Assembly (NCBI RefSeq): GCF_964355755.1
Contig: NC_092678.1
Span: 24,941,365 to 25,005,364, forward strand
Reading direction: 5' to 3'
Length of the DNA stretch: 64,000 nt
Source: Antedon mediterranea
Lineage: Eukaryota; Animalia; Echinodermata
Shown: piece by piece, positions 1 to 13,600 of the stretch
How the letters are laid out: each line of letters opens with the position of its first letter
Position numbering within the stretch: the first letter of the stretch is position 1
Notes under the pieces: generated by a model
What the model was told of the DNA's origin: nothing
Seen by the model: the letters and a program-made list of their open reading frames with translations, nothing else
Databases searched by the model: none
Position numbers and translations under genes: made by a program

Positions 1-1341
1 CAAGGCGTAGTAATAATTCGTTCCCATTCTGGAGACTTTGACATTCCAGTCATTTCACTATCTCATTTCATAGGGTGATGGGCAGAGGGTAATTATTGAT
101 ACAAACACTGGGAAATACCGAAATGTACTGAAATTGAGTGACATTGATTTAACAAAAGCGCAGAAATCATCCCTTATTGGATTCCATGCTTTCACATGTA
201 ACGAGTATAACTCCGCTTTCGTTCGGAAAGGAAAACGTACCTGCTGGAAGCTTCTGGAATCCAAAGCAAAATGTGTTGACACATTCTGCAACCTTGGAGT
301 GTCAGATGTTCCATCAAAAGAGTTGTATGAGGAACTTGAAGAGTATGTTTCACCATTGTATGGAGTGAAGGGGAAAAGTGTAAATCAAGCAAGATATGAT
401 ATCTTCAACAGAAAGTTTTCCAGACACAACAAGATTACAGATATATCATTACTGCCACTATGTCAGCAGACCCTTGAGTTTCATATACTTAGAGCAAACT
501 TCATTACTAAAGAATGGCAATCAGCCGACGTCAATGATTTTGTCAACAACAGTACACACAATGGATGGAACGAACAAATGGAGCCTAAATGGATTGAGAC
601 AGTGATGCCCACTGATGTCCAGGAACTGTTTACACATAATGAATATGAAGACTTTTCAGATTGCAGTGATGTGAGCGATCTTGAAGATTAATACACGACA
701 TACAGACTGAAACACTAAAGGGAAGCATGTATGTAGTAAAAGAATTAAATTCTTGGCCTTGTTATGGCTTATTTATCTCATATTACTCGGATTGCACATG
801 AAAAACTGGTCAAGAAAATAATATGAGAATGTCAACCTCCAATTGGCACAAAATGAATTAATTGACAGGATTAACGTGATCAGATAGGAGAAATGTCTTG
901 CATTTTGGGTCAAAGGTCAGTAACGTTATTTCCGGTCATTTTTACAGATAATGTTCTATTAGTTTGAATATAAACATCTATATTCTGGAGAGTTTGACAC
1001 CAATTACAACTTTCTGTGTCCAGTAGTTACGGAGATATGATATCTGTTAGATATTGGGTCAAAGGTCAATAGAAGTATTTCCGGCCATTTTCTGACAAAA
1101 TGTTCTATTACATCAAATAGGAACATGTACATTCCAAACAATTTGACACCAAAATCAACTCTCTATGACCAGTGGTTGCCAAGATATCATAGTCTACTGT
1201 AACTGGCAGCCATTTTGAAAAAAGCGCCCTCACGCGAAAGTTCTCAGGTTACAGCCCGTTTACCCAATATATTTGGATTCCCCAGAAAAAACTGGTCTAG
1301 AAAAGTTATATGAGAATTTCTACCTCTCCGGGTGGCACCTA
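1..1341 (+). mobile_element. 3' end of an Academ-like DNA transposon (degenerate transposase/XPG-like ORF plus terminus) in a HUWE1 intron
   Basis: ORF 134-691 (LIGFHAFT...SAF.RKGK..CWK...ARYDIF...LPL....LEFHILRANF) resembles the Academ-type C-terminal domain. Subterminal repeats at ~800-1340; ends GGTGGCACCTA (TAG terminus on the other strand). Confidence 0.65.
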
Positions 1342-1493
1342 CCTCATTCATAGCCTAGTCTATAAAGAAAAAAATGTGATGCGTCCGTATATGGACATAA
1401 TGATGTCATACCACTATCATATTTAGGCACATCACACTTTTTTTTTGTCAAACTAGTTTGATAGTGTAGACAGAGCTTTAGAAATAGACTGAC

Positions 1494-1663
1494 CTCTTCA
1501 TCTAGGGAAGCAGACTCTGTACAGCTGTCTAACCTCTGTACCAATGGTGGCCGTTCAGTTTGAGCATATTGACGCAGAAATTCATCGCCTATCTCTCGTA
1601 ACCCTAGGCCAGCAGATTCCATCTCTTGTAGGGGCATTCGTGGCATGACGGTTGCCTCCGATT
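1494..1663 (-). CDS. HUWE1: HUWE1 BH3-motif exon
   Basis: [15 protein letters not shown] (LxxIGDE) at the position of the Mule BH3. Confidence 0.8.
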
Positions 1664-4600
1664 CTGCAAAACAAGTTTACAACCAATCAAATTTGTCTCA
1701 TGGAATGTAATTTGTGTTGGAAAACATAAACAATTAAATTATTTTAAACTGCTGTAAGTAGGATCCTGCACTGAGTGTAGCACAATAAAGCCAAATCAGT
1801 AGTAAATTCCTACTTGGGTTAATCTAGCATTCTTCCCTTGATGAATAACCAATCATAATAAGTCATTCATTTACACAGAGAATGCCACAGAACATCTCTA
1901 ATAAAGTTATTTGTACAGGTAATATTATAGAGTGATTAGAATATCATAGATCATTACCTTCTTTGGGTTCTTCAGGCTCTACTAATGCATTCAGTATATC
2001 ACAGAGAACCTGCTTAATTGGTCCCTCTAAGGCTGGTGGTGTATAACTCTTTGGTGTAGAGGATTTCACTATCTGTGCAACATTTGGACCATTGTACCGT
2101 GACTCATCATCTTCACCTGTCAAATATGCAAATCAGTGAGGGTATTTTGTTAATGTATACAGTAAAGGTACTTAGAATAAAATATTCAGGAATATAAATA
2201 AGTTTGAAAGGTTAGATTTTTTTATTTCTTTTATTTTGGGCAAATACTGTAAATCCCTAGAAATAAAAATCTATAAAATATAAGTATATAATCAACTTTC
2301 CCCAATACCAGACCCATTTAATAATAATAATAGTGCTTTACAAACAAAAATGATGGGTATGAATAAAACAATTGGTGGACTGTACTTGCCTCTTTTTGGT
2401 GGTGGTGGAAGTGCAATCCTTAAACTGTTCCTGGCACATTCTAAGAACATGGCTTCATTTCTGCAAGCTGCTGGTCCCAAGACTCTCAACACAAAATGTA
2501 ACTCTCTTGATCCTATGCTACCAGCACCAACACCACAAGATGAACTACCAACACCATGGTTAGCAGTGGTTGACACAACCTGAAACAATGGTAAGTAATT
2601 ATTTTGAATTTTCCATTTTTTTAAAATGTTATCACATTTCTTATTCATCATATAAATTATTATAAATATGTAAGTAGGATCCTGCACTGAGTATAGCACA
2701 ATAAAGCCAAATCAGTAGTAAATTCCTACTTGGGTTAATCTAGCATTCTTCCCTTGATGAATAACCAATTAATATAAGTCATTCATTTACACAGAGAATG
2801 CTACAAATGTTATTTAAACTTTACTTTATTATAAGCAATGTTGGGTCCAGCCTTAAACACAAGTATCACAATCAGTGGCGTCACGTAGAGACCGGAGGCC
2901 CCTGGTTTAGGAACTCCAAGTGGCCCTTCAAAGCCGGAAGCCTTGGGCATTTATAGCCTTTTCAACATATTTTAATGCCTGTTTTTTCCTCTATGCACTG
3001 CTCATGGGGCCCCTTAAGCTCTGAGGCCCCTGGCCGTTACGCCTATGATCACAATCAATGACTGCTGGTCATAGAAATAACGTCACTCAATCTAACTTCA
3101 AAACACTAGGGTAAAACATAGTTGATAAATACCTCATCAATAGTATGTTTCAGTACGTTAGGCTCTTCCATTATATGTCTAAGCATCAAGGTGATGAGGG
3201 ATAAAGCACCATTGAATACTGATAGCTGGGTTAGGCTTAGCAACATCTTAGCCCCGCCAAGTTCAGCAAACTGCAAGGCATAGTGGTGTTGTCTGGTGAG
3301 GCGGAGGGACAGTCGTAGAACAGCGTGTAGCGTGTCGGGCTCTACTGGAATACTTATCAATCTAACACAGGTCCTAAAATGGACAATACAAAAATAACTC
3401 CTGGAATTTATTTCTGAAGGTAGGGGAATGAACTGTTAGGAGCTCATTGTACTAAGCCTCGGCATTATGTGGTAGGGTGGCCGGTTTCTTTCCACGCCGC
3501 CTTATCCTCCCCAGTATTTAAACCAGGTACTCTCATTTACAGCTGAGTAGACTGAGAGTTGTCGGGAATTGAACTAGAGTCTCTATGATAATACTACAGC
3601 ACTACAGCAATAACATTGTGTAATGTAATGTTTAGTTTTTGAAATACACACATATTTACTCAATATCCTTCATTAATGTTAAATAACTAGACTGGTTTAT
3701 AAGCATAACAAGTTAACTATTTATCTATTAGTAGATTGACATACCTTAATAGTAGCGTAATTTGATCAGCCACCAGACCGTCTATCATTACAACCTTAGC
3801 TGCCTCAATATCTGTGCTAGCTTTTGATTCAGTGTATTTTGCACCTAAATCAAATAGAAAAACAATTTTCGTTTGTAAAAACAGTAATCAGGGCATCATT
3901 TATAAGGAGCGCCTGCGCGACCGCGCTCCTCCGCGCTCCTCAACAGGCTTCGAGGAGAGCAATTTATCGCGCTCCTTAATTTTCAAAATAGAGCCTAGCT
4001 TTTGACAGTGTTGATTTTTCTGTCAAGAGGCCTAAAAACACGTGGATTTTTAAAAGTTAAAACCAATCTAGGCCTAGGCTAATAATATATAAGCTAAGTT
4101 ATAAAGCTACAAGCCTAATGGCAGTCCCTCGTTTTTAAGGATCGCGAGCGCGATCGCAATCAACAACCTTCGAAAAGGAGAGCAATTCATCGCGCTCCAT
4201 CTCACAGTGCGATGTACCAACAAAGGGGATTCCCCTGCCTGCGCGCATTCGATTCAAGGGCGAGTTTACTTCATCGCCTCATAGTGCAACCAGTACGGTG
4301 TCATAGAAACACCTCCTTTACAGGAAGATCATGTCCCAACCAATAATTTTTCCCTTTATGTTTTTATGGAACGAGTTAATAAAATATATTTAATTTTAAA
4401 AGGAAACATTAATATAGGAGGGCCTAAATATAATGTTTATTATTTAAAAAAGCTTAGCTGCTGGTTGCTTTAATTATGTCATTTTGAAGATGGATTATTT
4501 CTTCGAAAGTTCTAACCAATTTTGGTCACTCAAATCCTCCTCAAAACACGTGCTGACGTGTGACGTCAGCATCTTCTAGAAGCTCTCTCAGCCCTCCCCT

Positions 4601-7600
4601 ATTATTGTGCGTGCGCCCATGTGTGACACATGTAAACACGATCAAATATCTTTCTTAATTATTTTAAAATGACACTTTGTAACTTATTATCAATATTTTA
4701 ATGGCTGTTGCATGTTAGAATTGTATAATTTATGAATTGCAGGTAAATACTTTTCAGGTTTTCTGTCTGATTTCTAGGCCAACAAGCTAGGCTAGAAAAG
4801 CTAGGCTAAAGGCATATAGTTGGCCAGGACAGGATTCTCCAGGCTCCTGAAACCCAATCTACCCAGGCAGGCCATAAAAAAAAAATTGGCTTGAGTTTTT
4901 TTACTGTAGAATAATACGATCCCCACGGAAAATATTGTGTGTGTAAAGGTGGGTGTGGGGGATTTTAGGGGAGAGGTACAGTATACATTTGTTGATATTT
5001 GAGGAGAGCGATTTAAAATTTTTGCAAGGAGAGCGAATTGCTCTCCTCGGTGATTTGAGGAGAGCGATTTGTTGCTCTCCTGGGTTTTGCATACGTGATG
5101 CCCTGAGTAATGTCAGGAGTAAAAGACTTATGATATCGTGTTTCTCGTTCTTGTTACGCATAGAATCCTGCAAAACTGTGTAGACAAATCAAATGAAAAA
5201 GCATGTCGCAATGTCTCTGCATGCCCATAATGAATGAATGCGAACGTTATTGCAAATTCCCTGTTGAATCAGCTTTTTATCTGTCGCAGTGCACTGTCCA
5301 AAAGTGCGTTTCTAATTGTGTAATTTCTAGGCTAATCTAAGTTAATGATACCTTTTAAAAATGCAGATTTCTTTGACTCTTTTGGAGTAGCTTCCTTTTT
5401 ATCTTTTTCTTTTGAAGTTGCTTCTTTTTTGTCGGATTCACTCTTTTCATCTTTTTTGTCTGGTAACGCTAACATAATTGGCCTTCTGTTTCCAGTTTCC
5501 TCATTCACCTAACAGTTATAAGAAAATGATTTAAAATGGATTAATTATTTGAGTTAAGGCTCGCCCAACAGAAGATGTTTACCAACATCTTTCAGGGCCT
5601 TTGCCTTCATTTTCTGAAACATATTTTTATAATTCTGTACAATCCGGTTTCTTGTTTTCCTATGTATTCAGATTTTGTAAATAAATGTTTATTTGAATTA
5701 AAAAAAATTAACATAAATAAAAGCTTTCTAGTTGTGTTGTACTAAAATAATGTATATTGTAAGTAGGATCCTGCACTGAGTGTAGCACAATCAAAACCAA
5801 ATCAGTAGTAAATTCCTACTTGGGTTAATCTAGCATTCTTCCCTTGATGAATAACCAATCAAAATAAGCCATTCATTTACACAGAGAATGCATCTATATA
5901 TAAATTTACGTAAGGGCAAAATTCGGTAAATCGCGCCTTACTTCTAGAATTTTTACTCGATGGTATGTAAAGTTGGTTCGTACTTTCGGTACTGATTTTA
6001 ACCACCTGATGTAACCCTGTTTACTAATTAAATTAAGTTAGATAATTAGTTATTGACGATTAAAACGAATTTAGGTTCAAAGATTTGCCCCAAATAGGGG
6101 TGTTTTCCGATCGTGGTATACACTGTCTAATGGATGTCCATCTTGAAAAATACCCGCCACAAAAATGCGAGGAGGCTTCGCATTTTTCTATCTCCTCCTA
6201 CGATAATTGTTTTTAATAGCTGAAAACCGGTTGAACAGTTCGAGTACAGCATCATAATGTTGAAGACAGGCCGATTTTCTTTAAAAAATACTATTTTGAT
6301 ACATTTAATATACGTTTTTACAAATGTATTGATTTGTGATGAATGGAACATTCCAAATTATTTGGTTTAACCATACAGGTATAGATTTAGATTTATGGGC
6401 CTCCTTGGAGAATAAACATAAATAGTATTGCAATGCTGTACAATACTGTTAAGGTATTAACCACTTTTGATCGCAATTTGAATCGCAAATGTCTTACTGT
6501 GAGTGTTGGTACTGTTAGATGTAATATAAAAATATATACAAATAAACTTTATTACTGTGAGTGTGGGTAGGCCCTACTGTTAGATTATAAACATATAATA
6601 TACAAATAAACATTCCAAATTATTTGGTTTAACCATAGAGGTATAGATTTAGATTTATGGGCCCCCTTGGAGAATAAACATAAATAGTATTGCAATGCTG
6701 TACAATACTGTTAAGGTATTAACCACTTTTGATCGCAATTTGAATCGCAAATTTCTTACTGTGAGTGTTGGTACTGTTAGATGTAATATAAAAATATATA
6801 CAAATAAACTTTATTACTGTGAGTGTGGGTAGGCCCTACTGTTAGATTATAAACATATAATATACAAATAAATAAACGTTATTACTGACAGTTGCTTCTC
6901 AACGTTTGTATTAATTAATAATTTAAAAATATATAAACGTCGTAGTGGTGTATCGTTACATGTACTTTACTATTTCAATCGACTATGACAGTGAGAGTTT
7001 TAACAAAGTACCGTATTAAATCGTAAATGTTTTACTGTATTTAGTGGTATATTATTTATAGGCCTATAAAACATTAAAAACAATATTTCGTTACTGAGTG
7101 GATAAGAATATATTTTAAAATGTTTCCTCTTTGTACCTATCTTCTTCCCCCATCCCTCAACCCTTAATGTTACATACAAAACACAAATTGGGTTTGTTTA
7201 AATGAGTCCAAATAAAAAAATTTGTTTCTCTCTCGGAAGTAATTCCCAGGGTGCTAATTTTGGTTGACTACATAAATCATTGTGTATATTTATTCGTTTC
7301 TGTAAACGACAATGTATTATAGTCCTGCGGTACGTACATTTGAAATCTCCATTTTTTTCTCGCTGGAAATACTGTGTATTCGAGAACCATCTGTGGGCAC
7401 GACCTAGATGGTACGCGAGCGAAGCGAGCGTGCCATCTAGTTTTTATATAATAAACATTATGTAAGATATAAAGTGTTTATAGTTTAGCTTTTATTTTCA
7501 ACCTGTTATTGGTGTTTTACACTGTTGGTTTGATATAAAGAATAAAGTTTAGAAACAAATCGGATTCTCAGTGTAGAATCTCCACATGACAGTTTTTGCC

Positions 7601-10600
7601 CAGTATCGTAGGCAAATGATGATACAGAAGCTTATGTGACATCACATGTGACAAATTAATACAGCTGTTCAAACTCTGGATTCTTCCTTACCTGAACAAA
7701 TCAAAATAACCTAAATTATCAATGCTGTATTTCCATATATGACCAGTATCGTAAGCAAATCCTATGATACAGAATCACATGTTACAGGTGTTCAAACTCT
7801 GGATATTTTCTTACCTGAACAAAGTTGTTGTAATGCACGATATATTTCCTTCTTCCGGCCGCAAAGCGTATACTTGTTTTGCCGCTGTAATAGGCCTCAT
7901 CTATCGTTTTGTTGTTACTGTTGCTATAGTTACACCAACGTCCCATTGTATCATCAAACCACTTCCATGTATGCGATGAAACCTTTTAAAAAAGTGACAT
8001 TAATATCATTAAATGACAAATTATCAATATCATTATGACAAATTATCAATATCATTAAATGACTAATTATCAATATCATTAAATGACAAATTATCAATAT
8101 CAATAAATGACAAATTATTAATATCAATAAATGACAAATTATTAATATCATTAAATGACAAATTATTAATATCATTAAATGACTAATTATCAATATCATT
8201 AAATGACAAATTATCAGTATCATTAAATGACTAATTATCAATATCATTAAATGACTAATTATCAATATCATTAAATGACAAATTATCAATATCATTAAAT
8301 GACAAATTATTAATATCATTAAATGACAAATTATCAATATCATTAAATGACAAATTATCAGTATCATTAAATGACAAATTATCAATATCATTAAATGACA
8401 AATTATCAGTATCATTAAATGACAAATTATTAATATCATTAAATGACTAATTATCAATATCATTAAATGACTAATTATCAATATCATTAAATGACAAATT
8501 ATCAATATCATTAAATGACAAATTATCAATATCATTAAATGACTAATTATCAATATCATTAAATGACAAATTATCAATATCATTAAATGACTAATTATCA
8601 ATATCATTAAATGACAAATTATCAATATCATTAAATGACTAATTATCAATATCATTAAATGACAAATTATCAGTATCATTAAATGACAAATTATCAGTAT
8701 CATTAAATGACTAATTATCAATATCATTAAATGACTAATTATCAATATCATTAAATGACAAATTATCAATATCATTAAATGACAAATTATCAATATCATT
8801 AAATGACAAATTATCAATATCATTAAATGACAAATTATCAATATCATTAAATGACAAATTATCAATATCATTAAATGACTAATTATCAATATCATTAAAT
8901 GACAAATTATCAATATCATTAAATGACTAATTATCAATATCATTAAATGACAAATTATCAGTATCATTAAATGACAAATTATCAGTATCATTAAATGACT
9001 AATTATCAATATCATTAAATGACTAATTATCAATATCATTAAATGACAAATTATCAATATCATTAAATGACAAATTATCAATATCATTAAATGACAAATT
9101 ATCAATATCATTAAATGACTAATTATCAATATCATTAAATGACTAATTATCAATATCATTAAATGACTAATTATCAGTATCATTAAATGACAAATTATCA
9201 ATATCATTAAATGACAAATTATCAGTATCATTAAATGACTAATTATCAATATCATTAAATGACTAATTATCAATATCATTAAATGACAAATTATCAGTAT
9301 CATTAAATGACTAATTATCAATATCATTAAATGACTAATTATCAATATCATTAAATGACTAATTATCAATATCATTAAATGACAAATTATCAATATCATT
9401 AAATGACAAATTATCAATATCATTAAATGACTAATTATCAGTATCATTAAATGACAAATTATCAGTATCATTAAATGACAAATTATCAATATCATTAAAT
9501 GACAAATTATCAGTATCATTAAATGACTAATTATCAGTATCATTAAATGACAAATTATTATCATTATTAATATCATTAAATGAAAAATTTAATCATCTTT
9601 AATGGATGTTTGGGAATAAATTACCTTAAGACTCTGTAACCTCCTTTTTGATGAAATTGATGCTTTTTCAAATAGGTCAATTAGCAACAGCAACGGTGCC
9701 AACCACCTTAAAAAAAAGAGGAAATATGTAGTTACATCTACACACCAACATTATATGGCTACACACCAACATTAGATGGCTACACACCAACATTAGATGG
9801 CTACACACCAACATTAGATGGCTACACACAAACATTAGATGGCTACACACCAACATTAGATGGCTACACACCAACATTAGATGGCTACACACCAACATTA
9901 GATGGCTACACACCAACATTAGATGGCTACACACCAACATTAGATGGCTACACACCAACATTAGATGGCTACACACCAACATTAGATGGCTACACACCAA
10001 CATTAGATGGCTACACACCAACATTAGATGGCTACACACCAACATTAGATGGCTACACACCAACATTAGATGGCTACACACCAACATTAGATGGCTACAC
10101 ACCAACATTAGATGGCTACACACACCAACATTAGATGGCTACACACACCAACATTAGATGGCTACACACACCAACATTAGATGGCTACACACCAACATTA
10201 GATGGCTACACACCAACATTAGATGGCTACACACCAACATTAGATGGCTACACACCAACATTAGATGGCTACACACCAACATTAGATGGCTACACACCAA
10301 CATTAGATGGCTACACACACCAACATTAGATGGCTACACACACCAACATTAGATGGCTACACACCAACATTAGATGGCTACACACCAACATTAGATGGCT
10401 ACACACCAACATTAGATGGCTACACACCAACATTAGATGGCTACACACCAACATTAGATGGCTACACACCAACATTAGATGGCTACACACCAACATCAGA
10501 AGGCTACACACCAACATCAGATGGCTACACACCAACATTAGATGGCTACACACCAACATTAGATGGCTACACACCAACATCAGATGGCTACACACCAACA

Positions 10601-13600
10601 TCAGATGGCTACACACCAACATCAGATGGCTACACACCAACATCAGATGGCTACACACCAACATCAGATGGCTACACACCAACATTAGAAGGCTACACAC
10701 CAACATTAGATGGCTACACACCAACATCAGATGGCTACACACCAACATCAGAAGGCTACACACCAACATCAGATGGCTACACACCAACATCAGATGGCTA
10801 CACACCAACATTAGATGGCTACACACCAACATCAGATGGCTACACACCAACATCAGATGGCTACACACCAACATTAGATGGCTACACACCAACATTAGAT
10901 GGCTACACACCAACATTAGATGGCTACACACCAACATTAGATGGCTACACACCAACATCAGATGGCTACACACCAACATCAGATGGCTACACACCAACAT
11001 CAGATGGCTACACACCAACATTAGATGGCTACACACCAACATTAGATGGCTACACACCAACATTAGATGGCTACACACCAACATCAGATGGCTACACACC
11101 AACATCAGAAGGCTACACACCAACATCAGATGGCTACACACCAACATCAGATGGCTACACACCAACATCAGATGGCTACACACCAACATCAGATGGCTAC
11201 ACACCAACATTAGATGGCTACACACCAACATTAGATGGCTACACACCAACATTAGATGGCTACACACCAACATTAGATGGCTACACACCAACATTAGATG
11301 GCTACACACCAACATTAGATGGCTACACACCAACATTAGATGGCTACACACCAACATTAGATGGCTACACACCAACATTAGATGGCTACACACCAACATT
11401 ATATGGCTACACACCAACATTAGATGGCTACACACCAACATTAGATGGCTACACACCAACATTAGATGGCTACACACCAACATTAGATGGCTACACACCA
11501 ACATTAGATGGCTACACACCAACATTAGATGGCTACACACCAACATTAGATGGCTACACACACCAACATTAGATGGCTACACACCAACATTAGATGGCTA
11601 CACACCAACATTAGATGGCTACACACCAACATTAGATGGCTACACACCAACATTAGATGGCTACACACCAACATTAGATGGCTACACACCAACATTCATT
11701 GAAATATGATCTAATGTAAATAGAAACAACCTTTCTGAGCTTTATTTTGAGATGAGTCCGAGTTTGAACAGCCAGTACCAAGCCAGAATACCGTTTACTT
11801 ACTTTGGTGTAGTGGGCGTAGTAGCCGCACACAGACACTGTTGCACTGAATCTAGCAACTGAACCAACACATCCATTACTCCTGACTCTTGCATAGTCTT
11901 AGCACAAGCCTCTCTCATCTCCTCAAAGAGCAACGTAAAGAGGAGCACACGTGAGGCTAGTTTGCTTGCGGCTGGCCTAGTAGTCACTTCTTGAGCCCAT
12001 TCATCAATGGACATCGTAGATGAGGATGTTAAAGGTGCAGCGATCTTTAGTAAATCTGTAGCACATTCTATAACCTAAGAAATATATATAAGTTATTATT
12101 ATGCACCACCTATTCACCAGTCTGTGCCTATCGTTTCTTTATTCCAATCAACTCAGGCAACTCATTATATTCTTATTTCTCTCTCAATAGGCCTAGGAAT
12201 AGTGTTTTCACAAAAAAAAAAATGCCATTTCTTTCTGGCTTTTTATGTTATTGTTTTCTTAGCTTTCTGCTTATTTTATTTGTATCTTCATTGACTTTTA
12301 GATAAAGTTCAAAAGACATTTATTTGTTTAACAAATTTATAGATAGGAAATGTACTGAGTAGGTAGCCAGACTCTTTGACTTGAAGATATACAGTATTAT
12401 AATAATAGTTTTCAATATAAAAATTCAGATTTATACAACATATATATAACATCTTTATTGTACAATTCATGATGTATATTGTAAGTAGGATCCTGCACTG
12501 AGTGTAGCACAATAAAGCAAAATCAGTAGTAAATTCCTACTTGGGTTAATCTAGCATTCTTCCCTTGATGAATAACCAATTAATATAAGTCATTCATTTA
12601 CACAGAGAATGCCACACATTTGAACAAGGAACCAAGCAAGGTAAGTGAGTTGATCGATCACAATCAACAATTTGGATTATCCATCGCGCCATGATTCGTC
12701 AAATTATTTGCGGAACAATTATGTTATTGCTTTGCCACAAATGTTGAGAAATAGCTTATGCGTGACAACATACCTGTTGTATAAAACTCTTAAGCATCGA
12801 GTCCCGCCACTCTGCACCATCTCTATGATAAGCTACTACTAACAAGTCACAAATACGATATACCGTGTCTGGTAATTCATCCAAAAGTTGTAAACATCCT
12901 GGCAACATTTGCTTTACAAATCCGTCTAATAAAGTCTTATCAATCGGTTCCTCTTCTCGTAACTTCTCCTTTTCTTCTTTTGCTTTTAATTCTTCTTGTT
13001 TCTTTTTTTCTTCCTCTGCTTTCTTTTTCTCATCGTCATCCTAGAAGTAAGAACATTATTGTAAATAAAATTGATAGGTGACATCAGACTGAAACTAACA
13101 ACAGCTTACTTGAGAAAGTAAAAGGTGTTTGCGAAAGTAGTAGATCCCTGGAGTTGCCCCAAGTTTTGGGATGTGAGCCCAAGCTAAATTTGTTCAGAAT
13201 TTATCACTTCCAACCCTTTGTTCTATAAAGTTGGTCACCTATTGGCTGGTCCTTTACTAGTAGGAAGTACTATATTTTTTGTACTTATTTATTTCCTCAT
13301 ATTGGATCAATAAAACAAGGAAATACTTAATTCTTTAGATCCAATTCTCTTTATTCTTTTTCTTTTCTGTCATTCCGATATTACGCTTACCATAATTTGT
13401 TTCCATAATTTTTGTTACTGTGTTAAAGTCTACTGTACACTTTTTCCTTTCAAATCTTTGGTTAATATAGATTTCTTCTAGATCCAATTGGAATGATTTA
13501 AATAAATTTTGAAGTAAATTGTGACAATTACTTACAGAACCATCCATAAAGATGTTGTCACAAAGGGACATTGCAATAGCTCGTCTCATCTGATCTTCTT

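Noticed and set aside
134-691. Host protein-coding gene
   Set aside because: Intronless, antisense within a HUWE1 intron, transposon-type motifs (degenerate) and followed by terminal repeats.
7954-11709. Long ORFs (540, 421, 411, 459 aa) of heptad peptide repeats
   Set aside because: Translations of 21-bp minisatellites inside HUWE1 introns; open in several frames and on both strands.
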